From Malacoraja senta (lineage: Eukaryota): a DNA stretch of 64,000 nucleotides. The DNA lies in assembly GCA_038087875.1 (NCBI GenBank), contig CM075988.1:372001-436000 (forward strand), written 5' to 3'. Below are positions 48,855-61,117 of the stretch, piece by piece. Positions within the stretch are counted from its first letter, which is position 1, and every line of letters starts with the position of its first letter. The position numbers and the translations under genes are program-made. The notes beneath the pieces are model-generated. The model saw nothing but the letters and a program-made list of their open reading frames with translations. It was not told the DNA's origin and did no database searches.

Positions 48855-51480
48855 ACACAAAAGACTGGAGTAACTCAGCGGGTCACGCAGCATCTCTAGA
48901 AAAGAGGAATAGATGACGTTTCCGGTTTGAACCCTTCTTCCGACTGCTTTTTTGAAGTTGAATGGATACCGAACATGAATGTCTAATCATTCATCTGGAT
49001 GAAAAAATGTCTGAAGAACGGTCTTGACCCAAAATGTCACCTATTCCTTTTCTCCTGAGATGCTGCCTGAGCCACTGAGTTCCTCCAGTGTCTAACTTCT
49101 TTGAAAAAAATTGAGGCCTGAATCCAGAGTTTCAATATATCTCATAGCACTGGAGAGCTTCACACCAGCAGCGTTCATGTTAAAAATATGTAGTGGTCCA
49201 GCACATCATTCTTTGACATTTCCGCCAGCTACTGCATGATTGCACCAACAATCACATCTTCCCCTCCGCACCCCGTTCTGTTTTCCGCAGGAAACACTCT
49301 CTCCATGACTCCCTCTTTGCTCATCCTTGCCCATCCATTCATCCCCCTCTGGAAACGTTCTCCCATTCTCATCTATTGTGTTTGGTGCTCTTGACGTGGC
49401 TCCTTTACATTAGTGAGACTAAACAAAACTTAGTGACAGCTTTGCTGAGTATGTGGGAAGAAATTGCAGATGCTGGGTTTTTTCTGAATATAGACACGAA
49501 TAGCAGGAGTAACTAAGTGGGTCAGGAAAGCATCTCTGGAGACAAAGGAATGTGTGATGTTTCAGGTCGAGACCCTTCTTCACCTTTGCTGAGTACCTGC
49601 GCTCTCTGCACTGTGGCCATCTGGATCTCCCAATTGTCAGCCATTTTAATTCTCCTGATCATTCCCATACTGACAGGTCTATCCCTGGTCTCCTCCACTG
49701 CCAGGTTGGGGTCTGACACAAACTAGAGGAGCAGCAACTCAGATTCCACCTGGGCAGTCTACAACCTGTAGACATATTCCATTCTCCAGGATCAGGTGAC
49801 ACACATCCCAATTTGTCCCTTTCCCTCCTCTCCTATCTACCCTAGTGCTCTCTCATATTCCCTTCTTCCCACTTTAACCCAAAGCCCTCTATCTCCTTCT
49901 TTCTTTCCCTCTTGCCCACACGCTCCTCTTCTTTCTTCCTGTCCTCCCCTCCCCCTGTAGTTCCCATCTGCCACCACAGCTTATTCAGTCCATTCATCAC
50001 CTTCCCTTCCCAACCAATTCCAAAAACTGCAGCCCTTTGTTCCCCATTCATCACTTCCCAGCATCAGTCACTACTCCACCCTTCCCTTCCCTTCCCGTGC
50101 CTCCCCCCCCCCCCCCCCCCCCATCTGACCATTATCTGCTATTCAAACCCATCTCACCTGAAAGGACACAAAGTGCTGGAGTAACTCAGCAGGTCAGGCA
50201 GCATCTCTGAAGAACATGGATGATTGACGATTTTTCAGACTTATTGTAGGGGGGAGATCAAAGTTGGAAGCGGGGAGGGGCAGGACAAAGTGTGGCAGGT
50301 AATAGGTAGACCCAGACGAGGGGGCCGCAGGTGGGGGGTGAATAGAGGTGGGAGTTCAGGTGGGGCTTTGGGGAGGGGTGGTTGAAATGGGGAGGTGTGG
50401 GGGAGAAAGAGGGTATGTGAGGGGTCGGTTAGAGTTTACCTACAATTGGCAAATTTGATGTTCATACCCTCGGATTGTAAGCAAACCAGCAGAATATGAA
50501 ATGCCCCCTCACCTCCCCTCCACTCTGCTCCCCTCCCCTCCCCTCCCCTCCCTTCCCCTCCCCTCCATGCGATGGGTTTATGCGATCAGCCCTCGCATAA
50601 TCCCACCACTGGCCACATTTTCCCATCTCCACCCCTTTCTGCTTTCCGCAGGGACCGATCCCTCCGCAACTACCTGGTCAACTCGTCCCTTCCCCCCAAA
50701 CCACCCCCTCCCCAGGTACTTTCCCCTGCAACTGCAGGAGATGCAACACCTGTCCCTTTACCTCCCTCGACTCCATCCAAGGACACCAACAATCTTTCCA
50801 GATGAGGCAGAGGTTCACTTGTACCTCCTCCAACCTCATCTACTGTTCCAGATGTCAACTTCTGTACATCGGCGAGACCAAGCGCAGGCTTGGCGATCAT
50901 TTCGCTGAACACCTCCACTCAATCCGCCTTAACCAAGCTTAGCTCCCGGTGGCCCAGTACTTCAACTCCCCCTCCCATTCCCAATCTGACCTTTCTGTCC
51001 TGTGCCTCCTCCATTGCCAGAGTAAGTCCCAGCGCAAATCGCACCTCATATTTCGCTTGAGTAGTTTACACCCCAGCGGTAAGAACATTGACTTCAGAGA
51101 GCCCTTGCTTTCTCTCTCCATCCCCTTCCCTTTCCTGTTCTCCCTCTAGTCTTTCTGTCTCCGCTTACATTCTATCTTTGTCTCACCTGCCCCCCCCCAA
51201 CATCAGTATGAGGAAGGGTCTCGACCCAAAACGTCGCCCATTCCTTGTTTCCAGGGATGCTTTCACCCGCTGAGTTATTCCAGCATTTTGTGTCTACCTG
51301 TTACCTGCCAAGCTTTGTCCTGCCTCTCCCCTCTTCCAGCTCCCCCCCCTCCCCGAAATCACTGAAGAAGGGTCTCCACCTGAAAAGTCATCTATCCATC
51401 TCCTCCAGAGATGCTGAGTTACTCCAGCACTTTGTGTCCTATTGTGTATTAACCAACATCCGTTGTTCCCTATTTCCACT
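48855..51480. mobile_element. Cluster of Penelope fragments and pLTRs, including GIY-YIG 50590-51100 (+) with an inverted 3' end at 50160-50500 (-)
   Basis: HIFPSPPLSAFRRDRSLR, CNCRRCNTC and LYIGETKRRLGDHFAEH; multiple pLTR consensus copies. Confidence 0.85.
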
Positions 51481-51759
51481 TGTTGCTTGCTCCTGCCCCA
51501 CCCCATCGCTCACTCTATACTGGCGGTAGGGTGTGAATCGAAACTTGGACTTTCATTTCGCTGACTCTGCCTGACCCGCTACGTCCTCCATCTGCCTCTT
51601 TATCTTTACTACCGATTGCAGCAGGCTTTCTCCGAGGTGAGTAAAGTTCGGGTAGTTTAAAAAGAGTGTCAAGAGTCAGCCTGGGGCAATTACCTGGAAG
51701 ATCGCAGAGCAGCAGCAGACAGACCAGTGAGTGAGTGGGAAACGAAGAAAGGCAGAACA

Positions 51760-53700
51760 GTTAAACGAGTACTTTAGTTAAGTCTTCACCAAGGAAGACA
51801 CAAACAATCTCCCGGAAATACTCGGGGACCAAGGATCTAGTGGGAGGGAGGAACTGAAGGGAATCCACATTAGTCAGAAAATGGTGTCGGGTAAATTGTT
51901 CGGACTGAAGGCAGATAAATCCCCAGGGCCTGATGGAATGCATCGCATAGTAATCAAGGAGGTGGCCTTAGAAATAGTGGATGCATTGGTGATCATTTAC
52001 CAAAGTTCTCTCGACTGGATCAGTTCCTGTGGACTGGAGGGTAGCCAATTTCTACACTTTTTAAGAAAGGAGGGAGAGAGAAAATGGGGGATTATAGCCC
52101 AGTTAGCCTTACATCGGTATTGGGGAAGATGCTTTAGCCGATTATTAAAGATGTTATAGCAACGCATTTGGAAAGCAGTGACGGGATCGGTCAAAATCAG
52201 CATGGATTTATGAAGGGAAATCATGCTTGACTAATGTTCTGTAATTTTTTGAGGCTGTAACAAGTAGAATGGATAAGCGAGAGCCAGTGGATGTGGTGTA
52301 TCTGGACTTTCAAAAAGCCTTTAACAAAGTCCCACACAAGAGATTAGCGTGCAAAATTAGAGCGCATGGTGTTGGGGGTAGGGTATTGACATGGATAGAG
52401 AACCGGTTGGCAGACAGGAAGTAAAGAGTAGGAACTAACGGGTCCTTTTCAGAATGGCAGGCAGTGACTAGTAGGGTGCCACAAGGCTCGGTGCTGGGAC
52501 CCCAGTTGTTTACAATATATATTAACGATTTAGACGAGGGAGTTAAATGTAACATCTCTAAGTTTACGGATGACACAAGGCTGGGTGGCAGTGTGAGCTG
52601 CGAGGAGGATGCTATGTGGCTGCAGGGTGACTTGGACAGGTTGGATGAGTGGGCAAATGCATGGCAGATGTAGTATAATCTGGATAAATGTGAGGTTATC
52701 CACTTTGGTGGCAAGAACAGGAAGGCAGATTATTATCTGAGGTCCCGACCATGGGGGAAAATGGAGGAGGACTGGCCAATTGTTGTGCCTTCCACCACAG
52801 TAATGAATGCTGTGGTGGGTGTTTGTGTTAAAATGTTTGTGTATTTTTGTGTGTTCTTTATCATTGTACCGCTGCTGGCAAATTCATTTCACTTGCACTT
52901 TATGTGCAATGTGACGAATAAAACTGATTGTACTGATTGATTGTATCTGAATGGTTTATGATTAGGAAAAAGGAAGGTGCAACGAGACCTGGGTGTGCTT
53001 CTACATCAGTCAATGAAAGTAAGCATGCAGGTACAGCAGGCAGTGAAGAAAGCTAATGGCATGTTGGCTTTCATTGAGAGAGGATTTGAGTTTAGGGACA
53101 AGGATGTCCTACTGCAGTTGTACAGGGCAATGGTGAGACCGCACCTGGAGTATTGTGTGTAAATTTGGTCTCTTAATTTGAGGAAGGATATTATTGCTAT
53201 TGAGGGAGTGCAGAGTAGCTTCACCAGGTTAAGTCCCGGGATGGCAGGACTGACGTATGATGAAAGAATGGGTCGACTGCGCTTGTATTCACTGGAATTT
53301 AGAAGAATGTGACGGGTGATCTTATAGAAACATATGAAATTCTGAGAGGTTTGGACAGGGAAGATGCAGGAAAAATGTTCCCGATGTTGGGGGTGTCTAG
53401 AACCAGGGGTCACAGTTTAAGAATAAGGGTTGGCCATTTGGGACTGAGATGAGGAAAAACTGTTACACACAGAGAGTTGTGAATCTGTGGAATTCTCTGC
53501 CACAGAAGGCAGTGGAGGCCAATTCACTGGATGTTTCTAAGATAGTTAGATTTAGCTCTTAGCGCTAAGGGAATCAAGGGACAAGGGGAAAAAGCAGGAA
53601 TGGAGTACTAATTTTGGATGATCAGCCACAATCATATTGAATGGCAGTGCAGGCTCGAAAGGCCGAATAGCCTACTCCTGCACCTGTTTTTTATGTTTCT
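51760..53700 (+). mobile_element. Degraded CR1 with a short retroposon 3' end inserted at 52741-52943
   Basis: RT motifs with stops; insert flanked by TATCTGA duplication. Confidence 0.88.
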
Positions 53701-53764
53701 AAGCACAAGAACAGGCCCTTCGGTCCCACTTGCCCACGCCGACAAACATGCTCCATCCATACAT

Positions 53765-55748
53765 GTCTATGATTTTATTCCTTGGAGTGCAGGAGGATGA
53801 GGGGTGATCTTATGTACAAAATCATGAGAGGAACATATTGGGTAGACACAGAGTCTCTTACCCAGAGTAGGGAAATCAAGAACCAAGGGACATAGATCTA
53901 AGGTTAAGGGGGGAAGATTTAATAGGGACAATTTTTTCACACAAATGCCGGTAGGTGTATGGAACGATCTGCCAGAGGAGGTAGTTGAGGCAGGGAATGT
54001 CGCAACATTTAAGACGCATTTTTGACAGGTACATGGATAGGTCAGATTAAGAGGGATATGGACCAAACGCAGGTAGGTGGGATTAGTAGATGGGACATGT
54101 TTGTCGGTGTGGAAAAGTTGGGCCGAAGGACCTGTTTCCGTGTTGCATGCATCTATGACTCTGTGACCCAATGTCTTTAGTCCCACTTGCCTGACAGGAT
54201 TGAAGAGTTGTGAATTGTGAAGCCAGAAGAATGAATGTAGGATGAGGGGCAGAGGAAGAGAGAGAGTGTGTGAGTGTGTAAGTGTTTGAGACAGAGACAA
54301 AAGGATGGGATAGTGTGGAGGGAGCTTTACTCTGCATGTATCTGACCCCCGGGAGCAGTGTGTGATGGGACAGTGTGGAGGGAGCTTCTCTTTTTTTCCT
54401 TCTTAACAAGGACTTTATCCAGTATTTGCATTTTACAGTGTACCAGAAGGTACAAAACCTTTCAATAGTCACATTACATTTGGAAAGTGGTGAAATCATT
54501 GGACAAAGTCAGCATGGATTTATGAAAGGTAAATCATGTCTGACGAATCTTATAGAATTTTTCGAGGATGTAACTAGTACAGTGGATAAGGGAGAACCAG
54601 TGGATGTGTTATATCTGGACTTTCAGAAGGCTTTCGACAAGGTCCCACATAAGAGATTAGTGTACAAACTTAAAGCACATAGTATTGGGGGTTCAGTATT
54701 GATGTGCATAGAGAACTGGCTGGCAGACAGGAAGTAAAGAGTAGGAGTAAACGGGTCCTTTTCAGAATGGCAGGCAGTGACTAGTGGGGTACCGCAAGGC
54801 TCAGTGCTGGGACCCCAGCTATTTACAATATATATTAATGATTTGGACGAGGGAATTGAATGCAACATCTCCAAGTTTGGGGAATGACACGAAGCTGGGG
54901 GGCAGTGTTAGCTGTGAGGAGGATGCTAGGAGGCTGCAAGGTGACTTGGATAAGTTGGGTGAGTGGGCAAATGCATGGCAGATGCAGTATAATGTGGATA
55001 AATGTGAGGTTATCCACTTTGGTGGCAAAAACAGGAAAGTAGACTATTATCTGAATGGTGGCCGATTAGGAAAAGGGGAGATGCAACGAGACCTGGGTGT
55101 CATGGTACACCAGTCATTGAAAGTAGGCATGCAGGTGCAGCAGGCAGTGAAGAAAGCGAATGGTATGTTAGCATTCATAGCAAAAGGATTTGAGTATAGG
55201 AGCAGGGAGGTTCTACTGCAGTTGTACGGGGTCTTGGTGAGACAACACCTGGATTATTGCGTACAGTTTTGGTCTCCAAATCTGAGGAAAGACATTCTTG
55301 CCATAGAGGGAGTACAGAGAAGGTTCACCAGACTGATTCCTGGGATGTCAGGACTTTCATATGAAGAAAGACTGGATAGACTCGGCTTGTACTCGCTAGA
55401 ATTTAGAAGATTGAGGGGGGATCTTATAGAAACTTACAAAATTCTTAGATTAGACAGGCTAGATGCAGGAAGATTGTTCCTGATGTTGGGGAAGCCCAGA
55501 ACAAGGGGTCGCAGTTTAAGGATAAGGGGGAAGTCTTTTAGGACCGAGATGAGAAAAACATTTTTCACAGAGAGAGTGGTGAATCTCTGGAATTCTCTGC
55601 ACAGAAGGTAGTTGAGGCCAGTTCATTGGCTATATTTAAGAGGGAGTTAGATGTGGCCCTTGTGGCTAAGGGGATCAGGGGGTATGGAGAGAAGGCAGGT
55701 ACAGGATACTGAAGGGCCGAATGGCCTACTCCTGCATCTATTTTCTAC
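53765..55748 (+). mobile_element. Two further CR1 3' fragments (53765-54165 and 54476-55748)
   Basis: ORFs 54375-54737 and 54784-55611; CR1 3'UTRs. Confidence 0.88.
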
Positions 55749-55749
55749 A

Positions 55750-56100
55750 TCAGGCAATCGTTATAATACAATAGTGCCATCTTTATCAACAATATGCTCG
55801 GCCCCCGCGCCGACCAGCTTTCACAGAAGGCTTCTAGAGACTCCGTGGGCACCGCGAGTTCCCTCTCCAGGGACACGCTGGCAGGGACACAGGCCTGGAA
55901 CAGGGGCAGGCAGCCAACTCTAGTGTGATCATTGACTACCCGCAGACTGGACCGGTGAATGGCCATCTTGGCCAGGCCCAGGAGCAAACCGACAGGCAGA
56001 TCCCACCCTACCGATCGACCCTCCCCACTCTCTGCCTTGTGCCCAAATACCAAAACCATAGGACTAAAATGCAACCAAAACTTGAGGAGCAGCCCCTTCA
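55750..56100 (-). mobile_element. Tx1-clade ORF2 C-terminal fragment
   Basis: LLLGLAKMAIHRS...CLPLFQA...VSLERE...AFCESW. Confidence 0.7.
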
Positions 56101-56225
56101 GATATGGGAGCTTCACTGTGCGTGTATCTGACCCCCAGGAGGACTGTGTAACGGGACAATTGTTGTTTTGTTTTACTTTCTGAAGCAGAATCACAGGAAA
56201 CATTTGCCTTCCCCTCCACTGCTCC

Positions 56226-56425
56226 NNNNNNNNNNNNNNNNNNNNNNNNNNNNNNNNNNNNNNNNNNNNNNNNNNNNNNNNNNNNNNNNNNNNNNNNNNN
56301 NNNNNNNNNNNNNNNNNNNNNNNNNNNNNNNNNNNNNNNNNNNNNNNNNNNNNNNNNNNNNNNNNNNNNNNNNNNNNNNNNNNNNNNNNNNNNNNNNNNN
56401 NNNNNNNNNNNNNNNNNNNNNNNNN
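56226..56425. other. Assembly gap (200 N)
   Basis: N run. Confidence 1.
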
Positions 56426-58715
56426 CAAATGCTTTCTAAAAGTCCAGGTACACGACATCCATTGAGACTCCCTTGGCCATTTTCCTAGTTACATCCTTAA
56501 AAAATTCCAGAAGATTAGTCAAGCATGATTTCCCCTTCGTAAATCCATGCTGACTCGGACCGACCCTGTTACTGCTATCCAAATGTGGCGCTATTTCACC
56601 TTTTATGATTGACTCCAGCATCTTCCCCACCATCGATGTCAGGCTAACTGGTCTATAATTCCGTTTTCTCTCTCCCGCCTTTCTTAAAAGTGGGATAACA
56701 TTAGCTACCTTCCAATCCACAGGAACTGATCCTGAATCTACAGAACATTGGAAAATTATCACCAATGTGTCCACAATTTCTAGAGCCACTTCCTTAAGTA
56801 CCCTGGGATGCAGACCATCAGGCCTCGGGGATTTATCAGCCTTCAGTCCCTTCAGTCTACCCAACACCATTTTCTGCCTAATGTGGATTTCCTTCAGTTC
56901 CTCCGTCACCCCAGATCCTCTGGCCACTAGTACATCAGGAAGATTGTTTGTGTCCTCCTTAGTGAAGACGGGTCCAAAGTACCTGTTCAACTTATCTGCC
57001 ATTTCCTTGTTCCCCATAATAAATCACCCTTTTCAGTCTTCAAGGGTCCAACTTTGGATTTAACAAATTTTTTCCTCTTCACATACCTAAAGAAGCTTTT
57101 ACTATCCTCCTTTATATTCTTGGCTAGCTTACCGTCGAACCTCATCTTTTCTCCCCATATTGCCTCTTTAGTTATCTTCTGTTGCTCTTTATGTTACCCA
57201 ATCCTCTGGCTTCCTGCTCATGCTATGTTGTACTTCTTCTCTTTTATTTTTATACTGTCCCTGATTTCCCAAGTCAGCCACGATCGCCCCTTACTCCCCT
57301 TGGAATCTTTCTTCCTCTTTGGAATGAACTGATCCTGCATCTTCTGTATGATCCCAGAAATACCTGCCATTGTTGTTCCACTGTCATCCCTGCTAGGGTA
57401 TCTTTCCAGTCAACTTTGGCCAGCTCCTCCCTCATGGCTCCATAGTCCCCTGTGTTTAACTGTAATGCTGAAACCTCAGATTTACCCTTCTCCCCCTCAA
57501 TAGATTAAAACTTATCATATTATGGTCACTTCTTCTGCAGTTGTATAGGGCTCTGGTGAGACCACATCTGGAGTATTGTGTACAGTTTTGGTCTCCTAAT
57601 TTGAGGAAGGACATCCTTATGATTGAGCAAATGCAGCGTAGGTTCACGAGATTGATCCCTGGGATGGCGGGACTGTCATATGAGGAAAGATTGAAAAGAC
57701 TAGGCTTGTATTGACTGGAGTTTAGAAGGATGAGGGGGATCTTATAGAAACTTGTAAAAGGACTGGACAAGCTAGATGCATGAAAAATGTTCCCATTTTG
57801 CCTTCTCCCTGGTAGGCTCCAGTACAAGTTGCTCTAAGAATCCATCACGGAGGCACTCCACAAACTCCCTTTCTTAGAGTCCAGTACCAACCTGATTTTC
57901 CAGTTTACCTGCATGTTGAAATCTCCCATAATAACCGTAGCATTACCTTTACGACATGCCAATTTTGACTCTTGATTCAACTTGCACCCTATATCCAGGC
58001 TACTGTTTGGGGGCCTGTAGATAACTCCCATTGGGGTCTTTTTACCCTTACAATTCCTTAGTTCTATCCATACTGACTCCACATCTCCTGTTTCAATATC
58101 ACCCCTTGCAAGGGACTGAATTTCATTCCTCACCAACAGAGCTACCCCAACCCTTCTGCCCACCTGTCTGTCTTAGGAGGTATACCCTTGAATATTCAGT
58201 TTCCAGCCCTGGTTCTCTTGCAGCCATGTCTCTGTAATTCTCACAACATCATACTTGCCAATTTCTAACTGAGCCTCAAGCTCGTCCACTTTACTTTGCG
58301 CATTCATATACAACACTGTGACTGTGGTATTCACCTCCCTCCCCTCTCACACCGCTCACAATTGGCCTGATCTTACTCTCTTATCCCTTCTTGAACTTTC
58401 CTTCCCACTAACTTTTGTAACTTTTCCTCTACTCACTTACACTTTAACTCCATCTTTACACTCCGAATTTGTCAATCCTTCCCCCACTATTTAGTTTAAA
58501 CCCACACGTGTAGTACTAGCAAACCTGCCTGCCAGAATGTCGGTCCCCCTCCAGTTAAGGAGAAACCCGTCCCTTTTGTTCAGGTCACCCCTACACCAGA
58601 AGAGATCCCAGATAAAGCGAAATCCTTGCTCCCTGCACCAGCCACCAGCCACACATTCAGATCCCCTGTCTCCATGTTCCTGCCCTCACTAGTATGAGGT
58701 ACAGGAAGCAATAGA
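56426..58715 (-). mobile_element. CR1 5'/middle part: ORF1 esterase (SGNH-like) C-terminus, endonuclease and RT start; plus-strand CR1 fragment inserted at 57530-57797
   Basis: GVALLV..ESVWIEL..GVIYRPP..MGDFN; DLNKRDGFLLNWRGTDILAGRF; KSP.PDGLHPRVLKE. Confidence 0.88.
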
Positions 58716-58918
58716 GTCTCTCCTTCCCCTAGTCTCTCTCTCTCCCTCTCTCTCTCCCCAGTCTCTCTCTCCTTCCCGAGTCTCTCTCTTCCCGTCTGTC
58801 TATCCTTCCCCTGGTCTCTCTCTCTCTCCAGTCTCTCTCTTCCCCACTCTCTTTCTCAGTCTATTCTGACCTCTGACCAGTTGTTTGACCTCTGTCTTCT
58901 CTCTCTCTTTCCGTCCAG

Positions 58919-59273
58919 TTCTCCAGAGTGACCGGTCACTCCCCGGCTCTCGTGGTGACCCCTGCCCCGGGATCGTTGACCCCTGACCCAGCCAGGTTGA
59001 CCCCTCGTGCCGGACACGCCGATGCCTGGGTTCCGGCACCTTCCACGCGCCGCTCTCTGAACCTGGACACCTGCGGCGGCCGGAGGGCTGACCTTTGACC
59101 TGACCTGCAACCCATCACTCTCTGACCTGTGGCGACAGATCGAGCAGCAGGCGGGAGTCTCCCCAGGGGAGGCTGTTGTCTACCTGGGGTCGAGACCCCT
59201 GTTGGAGGCCGACATGCGGAACCTTCCAGAATACGCCCCACTCCTCCTCGTCCGCAAGGTGTTCGGGGGCTGA
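58919..59273 (+). CDS. Terminal exon encoding a Pro-rich linker and a ubiquitin-like domain ending Gly-Gly-stop (1-nt frameshift at 59085-59087: pseudogene or consensus error)
   Basis: Polypyrimidine acceptor ctttccgtccag; SLNLDTCGGRR/LTFDLTCNPSLSDLWRQIEQQAGVSPGEAVVYLGSRPLLEADMRNLPEYAPLLLVRKVFGG*; AATAAA at 59703-59708. Confidence 0.65.
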
Positions 59274-59981
59274 TCCCTGACCCCAGCTACGGCCCCTGAC
59301 CACAACCTCCCTCTGACCTTTCACCTTCACCCTGAACCCACCCTTGAACAACACCCTCCCGTGACCCTAACTCTAATCTCCTCCTTTGACCCCCGACTTC
59401 AACCTTGATTCCTCTAGCCCTTCTCTCTCTCCCCTCCAACCCTCTCCTCCACTCTCCCCCAACCCTCTCCTCCACTATCCCCCTTCCACTCAACCCTCTC
59501 ACCTCTCCCCTTTCCCACAACTCTCTTCCCTTTCCTTCTCCCCATTTCCTGCTCTCCCCTTCTTCCCCTATCCCCTTCTCTCCTATTCCCCAGAACTCTC
59601 TCTCTGCCCCCCACATCCCCGTCCCACCCTCTCCCTCTCCCCTCCCCTCCCCACCAACCCTCTCCCTCTCCTCTCTTGATGTTGAATCCTGATTGATGCC
59701 TCAATAAACAGAGTTGGTCTAATCCTTGTCTTGTGTCATGTAGTGTGTGAACCCTCACACCCAGGGCCAGCTTTAGGAGGTACGGGACCCAATTGGGAAA
59801 ATGTCTCGTAGCAATATAAATAAATAATTATAAATGAGTCACGTGTCGTGAGTAATATGACAATTCGGGGGAGAGATCCTTTCACAGCGTGTGAGGATTC
59901 TAGCCAGGGGTAAAGTTGCGAGGAGGGAAGGAGCGTTGAGAAGGAGGGGGTCGGGTTCATGCCAGTAACTTGCTCACTCAC

Positions 59982-60059
59982 CGCTGCCGCGGCGCTCCGG
60001 GAGCCACCGCATTGTGACCGGGGAGGGAAGCAGCTCGCGTGGCTACGAGCGGCCGCCAT
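59982..60059 (-). CDS. Candidate first coding exon of an unidentified gene in a CpG-rich island
   Basis: GTGATGGCGGCCGC start, 26 codons MAAARSHASCFPPRSQCGGSRSAAAA, GCG|gtgagt donor. Confidence 0.45.
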
Positions 60060-61117
60060 CACCGGCCAGCGGAACCGACTGCATCTCAGCGCCTTCTGTC
60101 GGCACGCTCACCTCTGGCAGTGCTCTCCGTCTGAACAGTGAGGGGACCGGCTCAAGACCAAAGATCATAGAGCGGAGTGGTCAGCGGGTGATGGATAACA
60201 TCACAGCGGGCGGTGGAGCTTACTCTTGTGTCAGCGCGAACAAGGGATCAATTGAGGTTACTCGCACTGACATATGGAGTAAGCTCCACCTCCCGCTGTC
60301 CTGTTATCCATCGCCCGCTGACCTCCTCCTTCTCAACCCTCCTGCCCTCCCCGTAACTTTACCCCTGGACAGACTACCCACATGCTGTGAAAGGAACTCT
60401 CCCCTCTCCCCCCCCCAGCAGCGCTTCCTTTTACAGCCGCTTCCCATCAGCTGCTAGCAATGAGGGATAGACTTGGCTGTACCGCAGTACAACAACATCG
60501 TTCTTGATGTTGCTGTACTGAGGGATAATGAAGTCTATCTTTCTTGGCTAACAACCTACCTTTGGCCTCCAAGATGCGGGTACATTTTCTAGCAATGGCA
60601 CAAAATTTTGAGATTTTAAAAATCAAGTCTGCAATTTTCTCTAACTCTGAAATTGGAGATAGACAAAAGCTGGAGTAGCTCAGCAGGACAGGCAACGCAG
60701 CGACTCTGGAGAGAAGACCCTTCTTCAGACTGAACTGAACTCTCGTCGGTGAGAGTACTTGTGATTGTCTGAAGAAGGATCTCAACCAGAACCGCAACCC
60801 TCTCCCCAGAGCCCCTGCCCGTCCCGCTGAGCCACCACAGACAGGGAGTTGAAGGTAGACACAGGGGGGTCCACCTTCAACTTCAGAGCCAAACAAAAAA
60901 CACAGAGTGCTGGAGGAACTCAGCGGGCAAGGCAGCACCCGCGGAGGGAACATATCACTTATCAGGAGCCGCCACGGGACAGGACACTTCCCCCCCCCCT
61001 CCCCCCAACAGAAAAGAACCGCAGATGCAGCCATCACCGCAAAACGTCTAAGAAGGAACTGTAGATGCTGGAAAATTGAAGGAAGACAAAAATGCTGGAG
61101 AAACTCAGCAGGTGTGA

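Noticed and set aside
54305..54390. ~59-bp repeat (GTGTGGAGGGAGCTT...TCTGACCCC; also near 56105-56160)
   Set aside because: Only 1-1.5 units of what looks like a dispersed minisatellite; no function evident
55745..56488. ORFs spanning N runs (also 32694-33197)
   Set aside because: Artefacts of translating through assembly gaps
59022..59060. ATG at 59022 with in-frame TGA as a selenocysteine or readthrough start of the UBL
   Set aside because: The alternative frame (SLNLDTCGGRR) aligns far better with ubiquitin strand 1; no SECIS was recognised
58860..59400. TGACC-rich region with a perfect DR1 (59089-59101) as a nuclear-receptor enhancer
   Set aside because: Overlaps the coding-like exon and low-complexity flanks; no independent support
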